Under the pieces are notes generated by a model. That model made no database searches and was not told the origin of the DNA. It saw only the letters and a list, made by a program, of their open reading frames with translations. Made by a program: the position numbers and the translations under genes. DNA of 54,735 bases, filler included, from Jimgerdemannia flammicorona (lineage: Eukaryota), in the NCBI GenBank assembly GCA_003990765.1. It is 3 parts of 3 records of this genome, joined end to end, with 100 filler letters (N's around TTAATTAATTAA, not from the genome) between each part and the next. Parts side by side here need not be neighbours in the genome. Positions count along the whole stretch, not along the records: positions 36,562 to 54,735 come from RBNJ01002277.1; 2 more parts are not named here. One strand, written 5' to 3'. This document shows positions 37,688 to 49,898 of the stretch, piece by piece. Position 1 is the first letter of the stretch. Each line of letters starts with the position of its first letter.

Positions 37688-38162
37688 TGTGATGGTACAG
37701 CCAGATTTGGAAGAAGGAAATAGGGAATAGAAACTTGATCACACCCATTCCCAAAGTAGTATAGCATTATAGTTAGCAGTCCTCGATTTCGACATTGTCT
37801 AATTTCTTAGACATTGTTTAAATTTTAGACATTATCCAAATCAAATACCCTGATTTAGTATAGCATTTAGACATTGTCCAAATGTTTCGACAAAGTCCAA
37901 ATGACTCATTTATTACTTAGCCACCCTCTCATAGCTAGCAAACTTGTATAAATAACCCAGTATCTTCGAGTGAATAAACCTCAGATCGAAATAGTTCAAA
38001 GCAAAGAGATAGCAAAGGAACTAGTAAGCCTGTGGGCAGATACACTTCGAACTCACCCACCCTCCCCTGCCACTTCAAGAGACTCTGCGAGAGTCAGAAC
38101 AGTCAAGTTTCAAGATACAGAAATCCGATGTACTTTCAAGAGTAAGTGTCCGCTACGTTACA
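37688..38162 (+). repeat. Gypsy-3 3' LTR
   Basis: TG...CA ends, short repeats TTAGACATTGTCCAAAT (37790-37900), TATA at about 37946 and AATAAA at about 37973. Confidence 0.85.
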
Positions 38163-40564
38163 ATAGATGTAATATATCAGGCTTAGTTCCACTCTATAAT
38201 TTTTTAGAAGTAAGATCATCATCTCTGGAATACTTGTTATTGCCAGAATTCTTACTCAGTGCTTGAGAAATATATCAATTATAGATATATACCACTGTAT
38301 TGATAGCTTCAGCCCAATAAGAATATAATAATCCTACTATATTAATCATTGTTCAAGCCATTTTAACAATCATATATATAGTTAAATTACTCAGTTATAT
38401 CATTTTGCTAGCATATATAGAGAGCTATCATTTGATGAAATATGTATGCTATATTTTCTCAGGAACTATCTGAATGTAATGTTGATATATTTACATTCAT
38501 TATCTAATTATATAGTATGTACTCTACATCCTGTCTTATTCTCAATAATTACTTTAAATTCTTTGAATTTTTCTAAGACTTCACTCATTACTAATAAGAA
38601 ATATATATATACTTTATACATATAATCATTAATGATATATGTTGGATACATCAGATATAGTTATTATATATATAGAGGCTTTTATACTATTTAGCATCTC
38701 ATTGATTATATAAAGATTACTATATTTTGAGACTATTATTAGCTTATTATTATGTAAATCATATACTATTATACTCTTTACAAATATATATATCTCTTTA
38801 TTGCTATATGATATTATCTTTTCCATCAAAAAGAGGTTTTTGCTGATTTCTGAAATATATAGTATATCTAGGAAAGTATCAGTAGATTCTATGATATTAC
38901 CATAGAGATATTATCCTGATATTTCTCTTTCCTTAAGTATAGATAATGTTGTTGTCTTCTAGTTTGATAGATATAGAGTATTTGAAAGGCTCATATGTAT
39001 ATAGAAAACCATTATCTATGTGGCATTATATATTATATGGCTCCAGAATCTATTGGTCAGATATTATTATTATTGGCTATATATATTTGTAGTAAATTCA
39101 TTGCTAGTAGTGCTTATATTATTGCTACTTTTTGTTAAGTAAAAAGTATTTTGCTGATCAGGATTCATAGATAATGAGATGGTGGATTTGATAGTAAAAT
39201 TGTAATCTATATATATTATTTGTATAAAGAATATATGTATTACTACTTTTATCAGTTTTAGTAATATTTGTATTATCATGCTTTTCTTTACCTTAATAAG
39301 TCTTTCCACTACCTTGACATTACTAATGCTAACCTCTATATTGTTGCTTATGATTTTCACCACTCTTCTTATCATTTTTCCAGTAATAACAATTGTACTT
39401 TCTGTATCTATACTTACTATAGTACTCACAGTAACTAATATACTTAGATCATTAAATAGACTAATTGTTATTATATTGATTTTGGGTTTGAATTTATTGA
39501 TCTTATTATTGTCCATACTTTTGATCTCATTTGATGCTACCACTATATCTACAGAACTTGTAAAAAGTATTTTTGCCATTATTACTACCATTTCCTTAGT
39601 ATATTTCCTCATTTATGAGACTTGTTAATATGTAGATATAGTCTATGAGTTTGTCACTCTTCTATATAGTCACTACTATGATATGATATATTTTACAAGA
39701 TTTCTTATAAGAGCTAAGACCTTGTCTTCATCACTTATACACTATACTGATATATTTAAAGAATTCACCTGATTTATCAGATTATCAATATAACTGATAT
39801 ATTCATAAATAGTCTTCTTGGGCTTTATTTATAAATTAAATAACTAAGATTTTAGATTGAATTGATTTGATGTAGATATTTATATAATAATTATATAGAG
39901 TCTTTTATATCTTATAAGTGATCATTATATTTATTATGAGCTTTGTTTGGAAGTTTGATAATATGAATATAATCTCTTATAAATATAATGGTCATTTGTA
40001 ATATTGTAATCTTGAATCAGTACTTGTGGCTTTATATACTCTGCTAAGTTACATTTATCAAGTAGATTTACTATATGAAATATCTAGATCATATAATATT
40101 TTCTGTTGAAGATTGAGATGGACCTCCTGGCTGTATTTATACTTAATAACTGAGACTATATTTCCTGTATCTGTTATAGTAATTATATCTATAGTATTAA
40201 TGGAGACTTGCAGATTAGTATATCTATTTTCATACTTACATTACAAGGCTAGTTGTTTGATATTTCTAGTATAGTATATTTAAAGAAGTGTATTGATATA
40301 CTATAGCTACTTAGCACTAGTAGGACTCATAACCTTTATTGTAAAGAGAGAGACATTTTTATTAAAGTTATATAGATTGCATATTTCACATATGTATTAC
40401 TAATAAATAATATAAAATTAATAGAATAGCATAATCATATATTGATATATTGAGTTGCTATCCCAATATATCTAAATGAAATAGATATAAGACTACTAGT
40501 ATTTTATAGATATATATATCTCTAATGAGTTAATTATTATCTTTTTTGATAATTTTGAGCAATA
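38163..40564 (-). mobile_element. Heavily decayed Ty1/Copia element (5' LTR, gag, protease, integrase)
   Basis: Minus strand: PBS-like GGTTATGAGTCC at about 40323-40334, *PIDSGA protease at about 39040-39060, integrase FKEFKVIIENKTGCRVHTI*LDNECKY and GLLYSYWAE. IN follows PR directly, as in Copia. Confidence 0.8.
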
Positions 40565-40659
40565 TACTACTATAAGAACTCTAACAGCAGTATAGTAAAT
40601 AGCTCTTATATCATTTAGTCTCTAAGAACTAGCAAGCTATATTTATAACTATAAATCAT

Positions 40660-41250
40660 ATTGGAAATAATGATGCTATAATCCTGATAGAACAGAAGGC
40701 CTGATTGCAAACCACCTATTATATTGATAAAATCAAATAGACTCTGAAAGACCAACTTAATATCATCTGGTAAGGAATAAATAAAGTTCCAAATACCTTT
40801 TATATATATCTGAAACCACTATTAGATAATCTTAGCCAACTATATTAATGTTATTAGAGATCAAGTAGCTGAAGTAATCTTTATGAAAGGAATTTACCTA
40901 GAGATAGTTATAGCAATCTGATGAATATCAATAGTTCTGAACTTAGTACAGAAGATAACTTATACTCAGTGATATTAAATAGCCAGATACTTTCAAGACT
41001 ATATAATGGAGAGAGTCACTAGAGTTAGGGTTAAAATATCTAAAGTAATTAGTATAATTTTCTCAACTATAGTCAATTGAAACATATCTCAACCAAAGAC
41101 TACAGAGTAATATAAGTATAGTAATCTTATAGAGAAACTTATCAAAAATTTTGCTAAAATAACTATATATCTGGAAGTTATAGTAAAAAAAATCAAAAGG
41201 AGAATTGCCTAGTTTAGAAGTTTGTAGCCACAATTTCTTAGGCTATAATA
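40660..41250 (+). pseudogene. Gypsy-5 gag fragment (old relative of Gypsy-4)
   Basis: LKDQLNII and VIFMKGIYLEI match Gypsy-4 gag LKDQLNTI and SIFLKGVHPEI. Confidence 0.75.
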
Positions 41251-41384
41251 TAGGTAAATTTGCCTGTAAAAAAAAATAATATATAATTTTTATTTAAAAA
41301 AAATATTTTACTAATTAAAATTTTTTTTCAAAAAAAGATTTTTTTTATACTTTTATTAATAAATATAAGATTAAATATATATAT

Positions 41385-42871
41385 TGTTATGTAGTGGTCG
41401 CTGAGTTCTTTAAATATACCAGATTCTCTTCAAGGTATATATCTTAGACTAACTCAAGTTTGTTATAAGCAAGTTCTTATTGGAGTACCTTCCCAAGGTC
41501 TTATAGTCCTCAAACTTCTTATTTTTAAACTATCTTATTATCTCTTAGATTGCTTATAAGAAAGTGTGTGTATTGCACTGAGAGGAACTGATTTTATTTC
41601 AGAGAAAATAAGTGGGGTATTTATACAAAATATAATTCAATGGTTGCTAAGATATAGAACTAAATATAAATTCCAATAACTAAAACTACTAAGTTCCAGG
41701 GTCAGTACTGGTGGTTGTACAGGTTCAGGATGCTGGTATAATTCAGTATCATATCAGAATACCAGTGCTGGAAAAATTTCATGTTACCTTAGAATACCAG
41801 TGCTGACATTATTCAGTGTAACAAAGAACTTAGAGCAGAAAGTTCAGGATCATAGAGGCTTCATCATCATCATCATCATCATCACTGAAGGAGATGAGAT
41901 CTGCAAATTTGTTGTTTTCATATACTTCAATATCACACAGGATGATGTCATCACTGATGATATCATCATGTTTGGCAGTGGGGAAGTCAGGGGCTCTCCA
42001 ATCTATGAGGTTCTCTTCCACAAAGTAAGGAACAAATGTGGGGTCTTGGGGAGGTCTAACCTGGATGTTTGGGCCTTAGAATACTGAGATCAATCCTTGT
42101 AGGAATTGGTCTGGGTTGTCCTGAAGAATGGGATACCAGAAGTCTTCTACTTTGTCACTATTGAGAGTAATAGTGGACTGGGCTTCTGTAGCCACCCTGG
42201 CTTCTAGTGCATTGATACAGCAGATGATAGGTCTCTGAAATCTGAGACTCTAACATACTCTAAGTTGGGGATTGACCATGGTGCATACCTGAAGATCTGG
42301 TGAATCTTCTTAGCTATTCTTGTCTCACATATATCCATGGGAGTAACATCTTATAACTCTTGAGGGCTGGCCTGTGGGAACTCTTGGCAGAGGAGGTTTT
42401 CTATTTCATACTCCTGCTATATTTGGAGGCATTCAGTAGTAATGGTGATCCTTGTTTCCATTTTGCGGCAGTAGAGGATAAAGTAATAGAGATCTGCACT
42501 ACCCAGGTTGATACTGAGAGTCCTTCTTGAGTGGGTCCTCATGGCTCTTCTGATGTCTTGGAACATCCTTTCCTCAACTGAGATGCCTTGGTGATTCCTT
42601 AACCTTGAGGTTTAGCAAGCAGCAGGCATTTTGTTTGTGGTAAGTCTTTGAACTATTTTGGAATTAGTAGTTCTTGTTGGTTGCTGCTACTGCAGTTCCT
42701 TGATCCTTCTTTTATATTCTTCAGAATGCTTGTACTGTAGTCACAATGACTCATAGTTGGTCATCATTGCTCATCTCATATGCCATATGATCTTCTTGTA
42801 CTCTGATCTGGTAACTTGTGAGAAAAGGCTGTCTCCTGTGCTGATGTCATCATTCTGATGTCACTGTTACA
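41385..42871 (-). repeat. Gypsy-4 3' LTR
   Basis: Direct repeat of 48542-50053. Confidence 0.93.
41830..42629 (-). pseudogene. LTR-embedded ORF (ORF3 family), 3' LTR copy
   Basis: MPAA...TRIAKKIHQIFRYAPWSIPNLEYVRVSDFR...DDDDDDDEASMILNFLL*; 800 nt with one 1-bp deletion. Confidence 0.75.
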
Positions 42872-43189
42872 TCTTCCTCCTGAATAAGGATCTCCTTGAG
42901 CATTCTTATTCATTGGTCCAGTCCTGAAAAATTTGCTGATCCTATAACCTCTGGCAAGGGGTCAAAAAGTAGTATTTATGGGCTGGCATCTTCCCTTTAT
43001 ATTTTGGCAAGATGGTGAAGAGTCACTCCCTTCATATAGAGTAAGGGCCTGATTCTGATCTTGATCAATCAGTTGATGGTTCAAACTCCTCTGACTTCAA
43101 AAGTCTCATGGATAAGTAGTTACCAGTACTGTATTCCTTAGAGAATAGTCCAGACAGATAGCCTGCTGGTTATGGGACATGCTGTTATG

Positions 43190-45880
43190 ATTTGCAGACT
43201 AGAACCTCACAGGTGGTCTTCACATTTTGCTTCTCTTATATAGGTTTGTGGTACTTCTTGAGTCCATTCCTATGTACCGTGGTAGGCAGTATGGTCTCTG
43301 AGATTTTTCTAAGCCAGAAGGTGGTTCTCTTGATATTTTGCATATAGAAGAGTCCTTCCCATTTGGGCTCTAGTTTTCATGACCATGAGGCTTCTACCAT
43401 ATTTTGATACAGTAGAACCTTTTCTCCAATTCAGATGGGTTCTAAGGCCTTGTGATTCTTTTCTGCATTCTTCCTTATCAGTGCTTGTAACTTGGTGATA
43501 TAATCTTCAGCCTTCTTTCTGATTTGGTGTAGTCTCCGGATTCCTGCATCAACCTGTCTCCAAGTTAGGTCTAGATTTATGACTGAGGTTCCATCAGAAT
43601 CTTCTTCTCTGAAGAGCAACTCTCTTGGAGTAAAGTGTGTGCTCTGTGACCATATGTCTCATAGGACAGAGAGAGTGGTTGGGAGATAGTTATCCCAATT
43701 CTCATATGTCTCTGATATCTTTACTAGGATGTTCTTGAGAGTCTTGTTGGTTCTTTCTCTCTGTCCATTTCCTTGAGGGTGGTATACAGTGGTCTTGATG
43801 TACTGGATCTTGTATTTCTGATATATTATCTTATAGAATCCATTGACAAATTCTGTTCCACAGTCTATTGTGATTTGCTTTGGTGTCTTGTAGCAGCAGA
43901 TAATTTCTCAGTACAGGAAGTCAGCTATAGAGAGGGCATTGGCTTCTTATAATACTCCTGCCTCTATCCATTTGGTGAAGAGGTCTATAATAACTATAAT
44001 ATAGTAGTTTTCTGATAGTGTTACTGGTAGTGGTCTAATGATATCTATTGTGATGTAGTGGAAGGGGATAGGCTCAATTCTTGATGACTTGGGTACCTGG
44101 TCTTACTGATCTTATTTCTGTTTTTGGTACTTGTTACACCCTTTGACAAATTGGCACAGGTCTTCTTCTATCTTGGGCCACCACATGGTTCTTCTTGCCT
44201 TATTGTATGTGTTGGTTCCTCCTAAGTATCCTCATTTGTATACTTCCTTCATTACTTGATACTTCTTGTGTTTGGGTATTACTAGCTTTTCTCCTTTTCT
44301 GAGTATAGTGTTGTCTAGTTTAAACTGTTTCCAAGTCCAGTTGATGATGGTGATTGTTCAGGGTTCAAGGTGGTTGGACATCTTCTGCTGCCCAAGATAG
44401 CTGATTAATCCATAGTATAGCTCCTTATTCATGTTGAATAGTCTTGATGGGGTGTTCCGGGGTATCCATAAGAGTGCATTGGTATTGGTGTTGGTCTTTT
44501 CTGAGTGGTGCTTAACAGTACAGTCATACTCTTGCAGCCTGTAGATCTATCTGACATATATTCCTTTGGGGTTCAGAGTGTGAAATAGCCAGACAAGAGC
44601 AGAGTGATCTGTTTGAATGATGAAGTATTTCCTGGCTAGGTAGTATTGGAACTTGTCTACTGCCCAAACTACTGCTAAGCATTCAAGCTTGTATGACTTG
44701 TAGTTCTATTCTGCTCTGTGGGTACCTTGGCTTGCATAAGAGATGACATATTCATGTCCATCTTTCTTCTGAGCTAGGACTGCTCCAAGTTCTATAGCAC
44801 TTGTATCTGTCTGCAAGATGAATTCTAGATTCCAATCTAGTCTTCTGAGGATAGGTGCTTGGGTCAATCTGGTCTTGAGTTCATTGAAAGTTTCTTGGTG
44901 CTCCTTGGTCTATTCGAATTTGGTTTCCTTTTTCAGTAGCTCATAGATAGGTGCTGTAATGTTCGAGTATCCTTTGATAAATCTTCTATAGTAGCTGGCC
45001 AGTTCAAGGAAGGCATGGACTTTTGTGATTGTCCTGGGTCTTGGGTAGACTGCAACAGCCTTGATCTTCATGAGGTCTGTGTGGATTCTGGTCTGGTTGA
45101 TAAGGTGTCCTAGGTAGGCGATTTCCTGAGCTACAAACTTGTATTTCTTAGGCTTGATGTAGAGGCCATACTCCTTGAGCTTCTTGAGAATTAGCTGTAT
45201 GTGATTGACATATTTCTGTATAGTATTGCTGAAGATGATCACATCATCAATATAGACAAAGAGCCATTTTCCAATCTTGTTGCTAAAGACTCTGTTCATC
45301 ATTTACTAAAAACTTGCTGGGATATTGCACATTCCAAATGGCATTTGCAGATAGATATAGGTGGTGTCAGATGTGATGAAGGCTGATTTCTCACTGGCAT
45401 CTTGAGTGAGACCAATCTGATGGAAGCCTGAGAACAGATCCAAGGTGGTGTAATATTTGGCTTTGCTTCTAAGGGTGGTAAGAATCTCTTGAATATTTGG
45501 CAAGGGCTGTCTATCCTTCTTGATAATAGCATTGAGCTTCCTGTAGTTAATGTAGAGTCTTAGTGCAAACTCTCCAGGCTTGCTTCCTTTCTTTGAGGCA
45601 AGGACAATAAGTGAGGCCCAGGGGCTGATAGCTTGCTTGATGATTCCAGCTTCTTCCATTTCCTTGAGTTCTGCTTGCAGCCATTCTCTATAGACAGATG
45701 GTATGGGTCTGGCTTTCTGGTAGATGGGCTTGGTATCACCAGTGTCAACTTCATGGTAGTACTTGGGTTCTTGATTGTAGATATCTCTGAAGTCAGTAGC
45801 AAGTACTCCTTCATTCTGATACAGGATCTTGAGAAGTTGTTCCTCTAGGGGAAAGTTTTCTCCAATGGTATATGTGTACT
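43190..45880 (-). pseudogene. Gypsy-4 RT, RNase H and integrase
   Basis: SPWAS, NYRKLN, TTLDLFSGFHQI, MPFGMCN, VYIDDVII, YYRRFIKGYS, YHPQGNGQ, KWEGL. Confidence 0.96.
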
Positions 45881-45939
45881 TATTCTGGTCCTTGTCTTTC
45901 TTGTGCTCAAGTTCGGTAATCTTGGTAGTGACATAGGCT

Positions 45940-46340
45940 CCTCTTCCAGTAGATCCAAAGCCTTGTTCTCCTCTCTTGGTCTTGATGAGTTTGATGGCTT
46001 CAATGATTTTGGGCTTCTTGACTTCGTGGATCAGCATCTGGCCAATCCTGTCATGCTTCTTGACCTTGAAGGGGGTGGTGTGGTTGTGATTTCTGACTAT
46101 GAGAAAGATCTTGCCAGTGTAATCAGGGTCAATTACTCCTCCTTTAACTGAGATTTTGCTTTTTGCCAGACTGCTCCGGCTCTTGATAATTCCAGCATAG
46201 TTCTCTGGCAGCTTGACTCCAATTCCAGTGCCAAGTAGGGTGGTGGTCTGTGGTTTGAGGGTAGTATCTTGAATACTGACAAGGTCCATTTCTATGGCTT
46301 CTTTGGTCTTGTATTCTGGGATCTTGACTTTAGGGTGAAA
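45940..46340 (-). pseudogene. Trimeric dUTPase domain of Gypsy-4, in frame with RT
   Basis: In ORF 45306-46289: KSRSSLA, GGVIDPDYTG, DRIGQML, RGEQGFGSTG. Confidence 0.96.
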
Positions 46341-46699
46341 CTTCTTGATCTTGAGGGTGATGTCAGATTCTTATTCCTCCTCATCATCACTGTCAGCCTA
46401 AAGCTCTGGGGGCTGGTTATCTTCTTTGGCTTTCCTTTTTACTTCAGTGGCTTCTTGCTCATATTTCTGTTGGTGGATTTTCCTAACTTCACTGATATAG
46501 GACCAGCAGTCATACAGGTGTTCAGAGCAGTACATCCTAGTACCATGGAGGCATCTTCCTTGAGAGGCATAGCCATCAATAATCTTGTTGTACCACTGCT
46601 CATCTGTGAGCTTAGGTGTCTTGTTCTTGTTCTTGTTCACTGAGTGCATGAAGACTTCTGTGTCCTCTTCATCTCCTTCCTCTATGTCTGGTAGAACTC

Positions 46700-47080
46700 C
46701 TTTGTGGATATTGATAGAGACTTGTACCTTTCTTCCTCTATAGTTGATCTGTATCTTCTGGGTATTGAGGTTAATGATGGCCTTGGTCTTGTGAAGCTAT
46801 TGGTTGCTAATGAGGATGTCATAGTTGGTGGTGCTTGTAATAATCACATCTACTGGGATGATAGCTCCTCCTATCTTGATGGGGACTTCTTGGATTTTGC
46901 CAAGGGGGGTAGCTCATGTACTATCTGCTGTAACATAGACCATCTTGGTGGACTCTTCAATGTCCCAACCTAGGCAGTCAATTTTCTTCTTGCTCATGAG
47001 ACATCCTCCAGCACTGGTATTAATGATGGTATCAAAGATATAGTCTTCAATCTGACATAGGGTATAGGCTGATATCTTGC
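46700..47080 (-). pseudogene. Gypsy-4 aspartic protease
   Basis: TIINTSAGGCLMS, which is IIDTGA altered by G->A transitions. Confidence 0.8.
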
Positions 47081-47399
47081 ACTGGTCTTTGGATTCTTTA
47101 CCTGAGTTCTCAGATTCTTCCTGTATATTGTGAGCTTCTACAATCTTATACTCTTGATTCTTGGCAGTAGTTGTAAGGCCTACTCTCAACTGCTGTCTAA
47201 AGGTAGGGACTTCAGCTAGTTGTCCAAAAGTAGCATTGACCTTCTGTTTCTTGAAGTCCTTGTAGATATCATACAAGTGGATCTTGGTCTTGTGCAGCTT
47301 CTGTTCCTTCTTGCTTTTGCTTTCTTCTGAGACTGAAGTAGTGTCTTCAATGATTTGGCAGACAGCTTCATCTAACTCCATATCTTGATCAATCTCCTC

Positions 47400-48421
47400 A
47401 GGTTGGGTCTTGCTTTGAATAGTAACACCTGGGGTCTTCTTTGGTCTTCCAACTGGCTTGCTGTTACTCTTCCTGTCATAGGGCTTAGACTGGGTTCTAG
47501 TGCCTTCAGTAGCAGGGTAGAATTCGAGCTCCTCATAGTATTCTTTATCATCAGTATCACTAATCTCCTCAATGACTACTACATTGGTTTGTTCTCTGGT
47601 TCTGCTAGCATTGTTTGGTTGGGCTTTGTATAGTGGCCTTCTTCTCTACATCTGAAGTATGTGATATTGCATTCTTCTGTAGCAGCTGCAAATCTCTGTA
47701 CTGGTCTCCTGTTGGCACTTCAGACTTCTCTAACAACATTACCAAGATGTGTAGTTATCTTTGCAAACTGCTTGGCAAGTTCTTCCACTGGGTCAGCTTT
47801 GGCTGTTTTGGGGGTAGGTGGGGTTGGTTGTCTGTTTACAACTGTGGCAGATATGATACTAGTTGGCTTTGATGGCTCCATCTTGATACCAGTTATCTTC
47901 TCCATTGAGTGTTTGGCAGGGTGTCTGGCAGTCCAATATCTCTGTGCAAAGACCACTTTCTGATCAAGAGTCAGTGTGGCTAGAGTAGACCAGATTGCTA
48001 GGGCAATTTCAGGGTGAACTCCTTTGAGAAAGATTGAATCTGCTATTTGTTCCTTGAGACAGTCATCATAGCCAGCCAAGATAATCTGGTAGCAGATTCA
48101 GATATAGAATGATTTGAGATCTTCACTAAGTCCCTGGCAGATAGTATTGAGTTGATCCTTGAGAGCTTGCTTGATCTTTTTGATATAATATGTTGTTCTG
48201 AGGAAGGCCTTCATGTTGGCAAGTTTGGCTGCACCAACATCAGCAATGGTAGCTACATTGAACTTGTCTCTGGCAGATCCTCTGAGACTGACTGGTAGAA
48301 GGGCCAATTGAGCATCTACACCAAGGGCTCATATGGCAGCGAATTGTTCAAAGTCTTCAATGAAGATCAGAATTGACTCTTCAGTAGTATATCCATAGAA
48401 TGTGGGGGGGTGCATTTCCAT
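47400..48421 (-). pseudogene. Gypsy-4 gag
   Basis: MEMHPPTFYG..., SLRGSARDKF, IFLKGVHP and a degenerate knuckle (C>Y)FRCREEGHY. Confidence 0.85.
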
Positions 48422-49021
48422 CTTGTCTTAAATTCTTATAGGGATGACTCTTGTAGTCAGGGTAGTTGTTGTGGGGGTTATTCATTTTTCAGCTTGAAAG
48501 TGAGGGATTCGTCTTGAATCACTAGCCAATGAGCACTAAGTTGTCATGTAGTGGTTGCTGAGTCCTTCAAATATACCAGATTCTCTTCAAGGTATATCTC
48601 TTAGACTAACTCAAGTTTGTTATAAGCAAGTTCTTATTGGAGTACCTTCCCAAGGTCTTATAGTCCTCAAACTTCTTATCTTTAAACTGTCTTGTTATCT
48701 CTTAGATTGCTTTCAAGGAAGTATATGTATTGTACTGAGAGGAACTGATTTTATTTCAGAGAAAATAAGAGGAATATTTATATAAAATATAATTCAATAG
48801 TTGCTAAGATATAGAGCTAAATATAAATTTCAATAACTAAAACTACTAAGTTCCAGGGTTGATACTAATGGTTGTATAGGTTCAAGATGCTGGTAGAATT
48901 CAGTATCACATCAGAATATCAGTGCTGGAACAATTTCATGTTATCTCAGAATACCAGTGCTGGCATTATCCAGTGTTATATTAAAATACTAGTACTGGCA
49001 TTATTCAGTGTAACAAAGAAC

Positions 49022-49811
49022 TTAGAGCAGAAAGTTCAGGATTATAGGGGCTTCATCATTATCATCATCATCATTACTGAAGAAGATGAGATCTGCAAAT
49101 TCATCATTTTTGTGTGCTTTGATGTTGTACAGGATGATGTCATCATCAATGACATTATCACATTTGGTGGCAGAGAAGTTGGGGGCTCTCCAATCTATGA
49201 GGTTCTCTTCCACAAAGTAAGGAACAAATGTGGGGTCTTGGGGAGGTCTAATCTGGATGCTTGGGCCTTAGAATACTGCGATCAATCCTTGCAGAAATTG
49301 GTCTGGGTTGTCCTGAAGGATGAGATGCCAGAAGTCTTCTACTTCATCACTATTAAGGGTGATAGTGGACTGGGCTTCTGTAGCCACTCTGGCTTCTAGT
49401 GCATTATTATGGTGGGATGACAGATATCTGAAATCTGAGACTCTAACATACTCCAAGTTGGGGATTGACTATGGTACTCTGGTGGATCTTCTTAGCTATT
49501 CTTGTCTCATATATATCCATGGGAGTAGCATCTTGTAGCTCTTGGGGGCTGGCCTGTGGGAACTCCTGGTAGAGGAGGTTTCTTATTTCATACTCCTGCC
49601 ACATTTGGAGGTATTCAGTAGCAATAGTGATCCTTGTTTCCATTTTACAGCAGTAGAGGATAAAGTGATAGGGATCTGTAGTACCCAGGTTGATACTGGG
49701 AGTCCTTTTTGAGTGGGTCCTCATGGCTCTTCTGATGTCTTGGAACATTCTTTTCTCAACTGAGATGCCTTGGTAATTCCTTGACCTTGAGGTTTGGCAG
49801 GCAGCAGGCAT
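49022..49811 (-). pseudogene. LTR-embedded ORF (ORF3 family), 5' LTR copy
   Basis: ORF pieces 49443-49811, 49268-49456 and 49022-49213 join into one frame after repairing an 11-bp deletion and one stop. Confidence 0.75.
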
Positions 49812-49891
49812 TTTGTTTATAGTAAGTTTTTGAGCTATTTTGGGATTGGTGGTTCTTGTTGGTTACTGCTACTGTAGTTTCTTGATTCTTC

Positions 49892-49898
49892 TTTTATA
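49892..49898 (-). promoter_or_regulatory. TATA box in the Gypsy-4 LTR (second copy at 42710-42716)
   Basis: TATAAAA is present in both LTRs, about 80 nt upstream of the A-rich AACAAAATG start. Confidence 0.6.

Larger units (their letters stand above)
36562..38162 (+). mobile_element. Gypsy-3: 3' end of a young Gypsy element (integrase, ORF3, PPT, 475-bp LTR)
   Basis: TDRGTEF, TTAYHPQGNGQVERTN and KWEGPY motifs; PPT TTAGGAGGAAGT; LTR TGTGAT(37688)...GTTACA(38162). Many CpGs are retained. Confidence 0.92.

Noticed and set aside
37790..37900. Spaced short repeats resembling a CRISPR array (also 18530-18790 and 52520-52605)
   Set aside because: Imperfect and irregular, located in LTR or LTR-like DNA, with no unique constant-length spacers, no cas genes and a eukaryotic context.
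39278..39628. 116-aa very hydrophobic ORF resembling a membrane or env protein, and the opposite 180-aa Ile-rich ORF
   Set aside because: Lies over the decayed Copia gag region. The Ile/Leu richness follows from AT drift of low-complexity sequence.
48872..49399. 175-aa plus-strand ORF in the Gypsy-4 LTR
   Set aside because: Antisense to the LTR-embedded ORF; its poly-Ile run mirrors the poly-Asp codons, and it is not open at full length in the other LTR.
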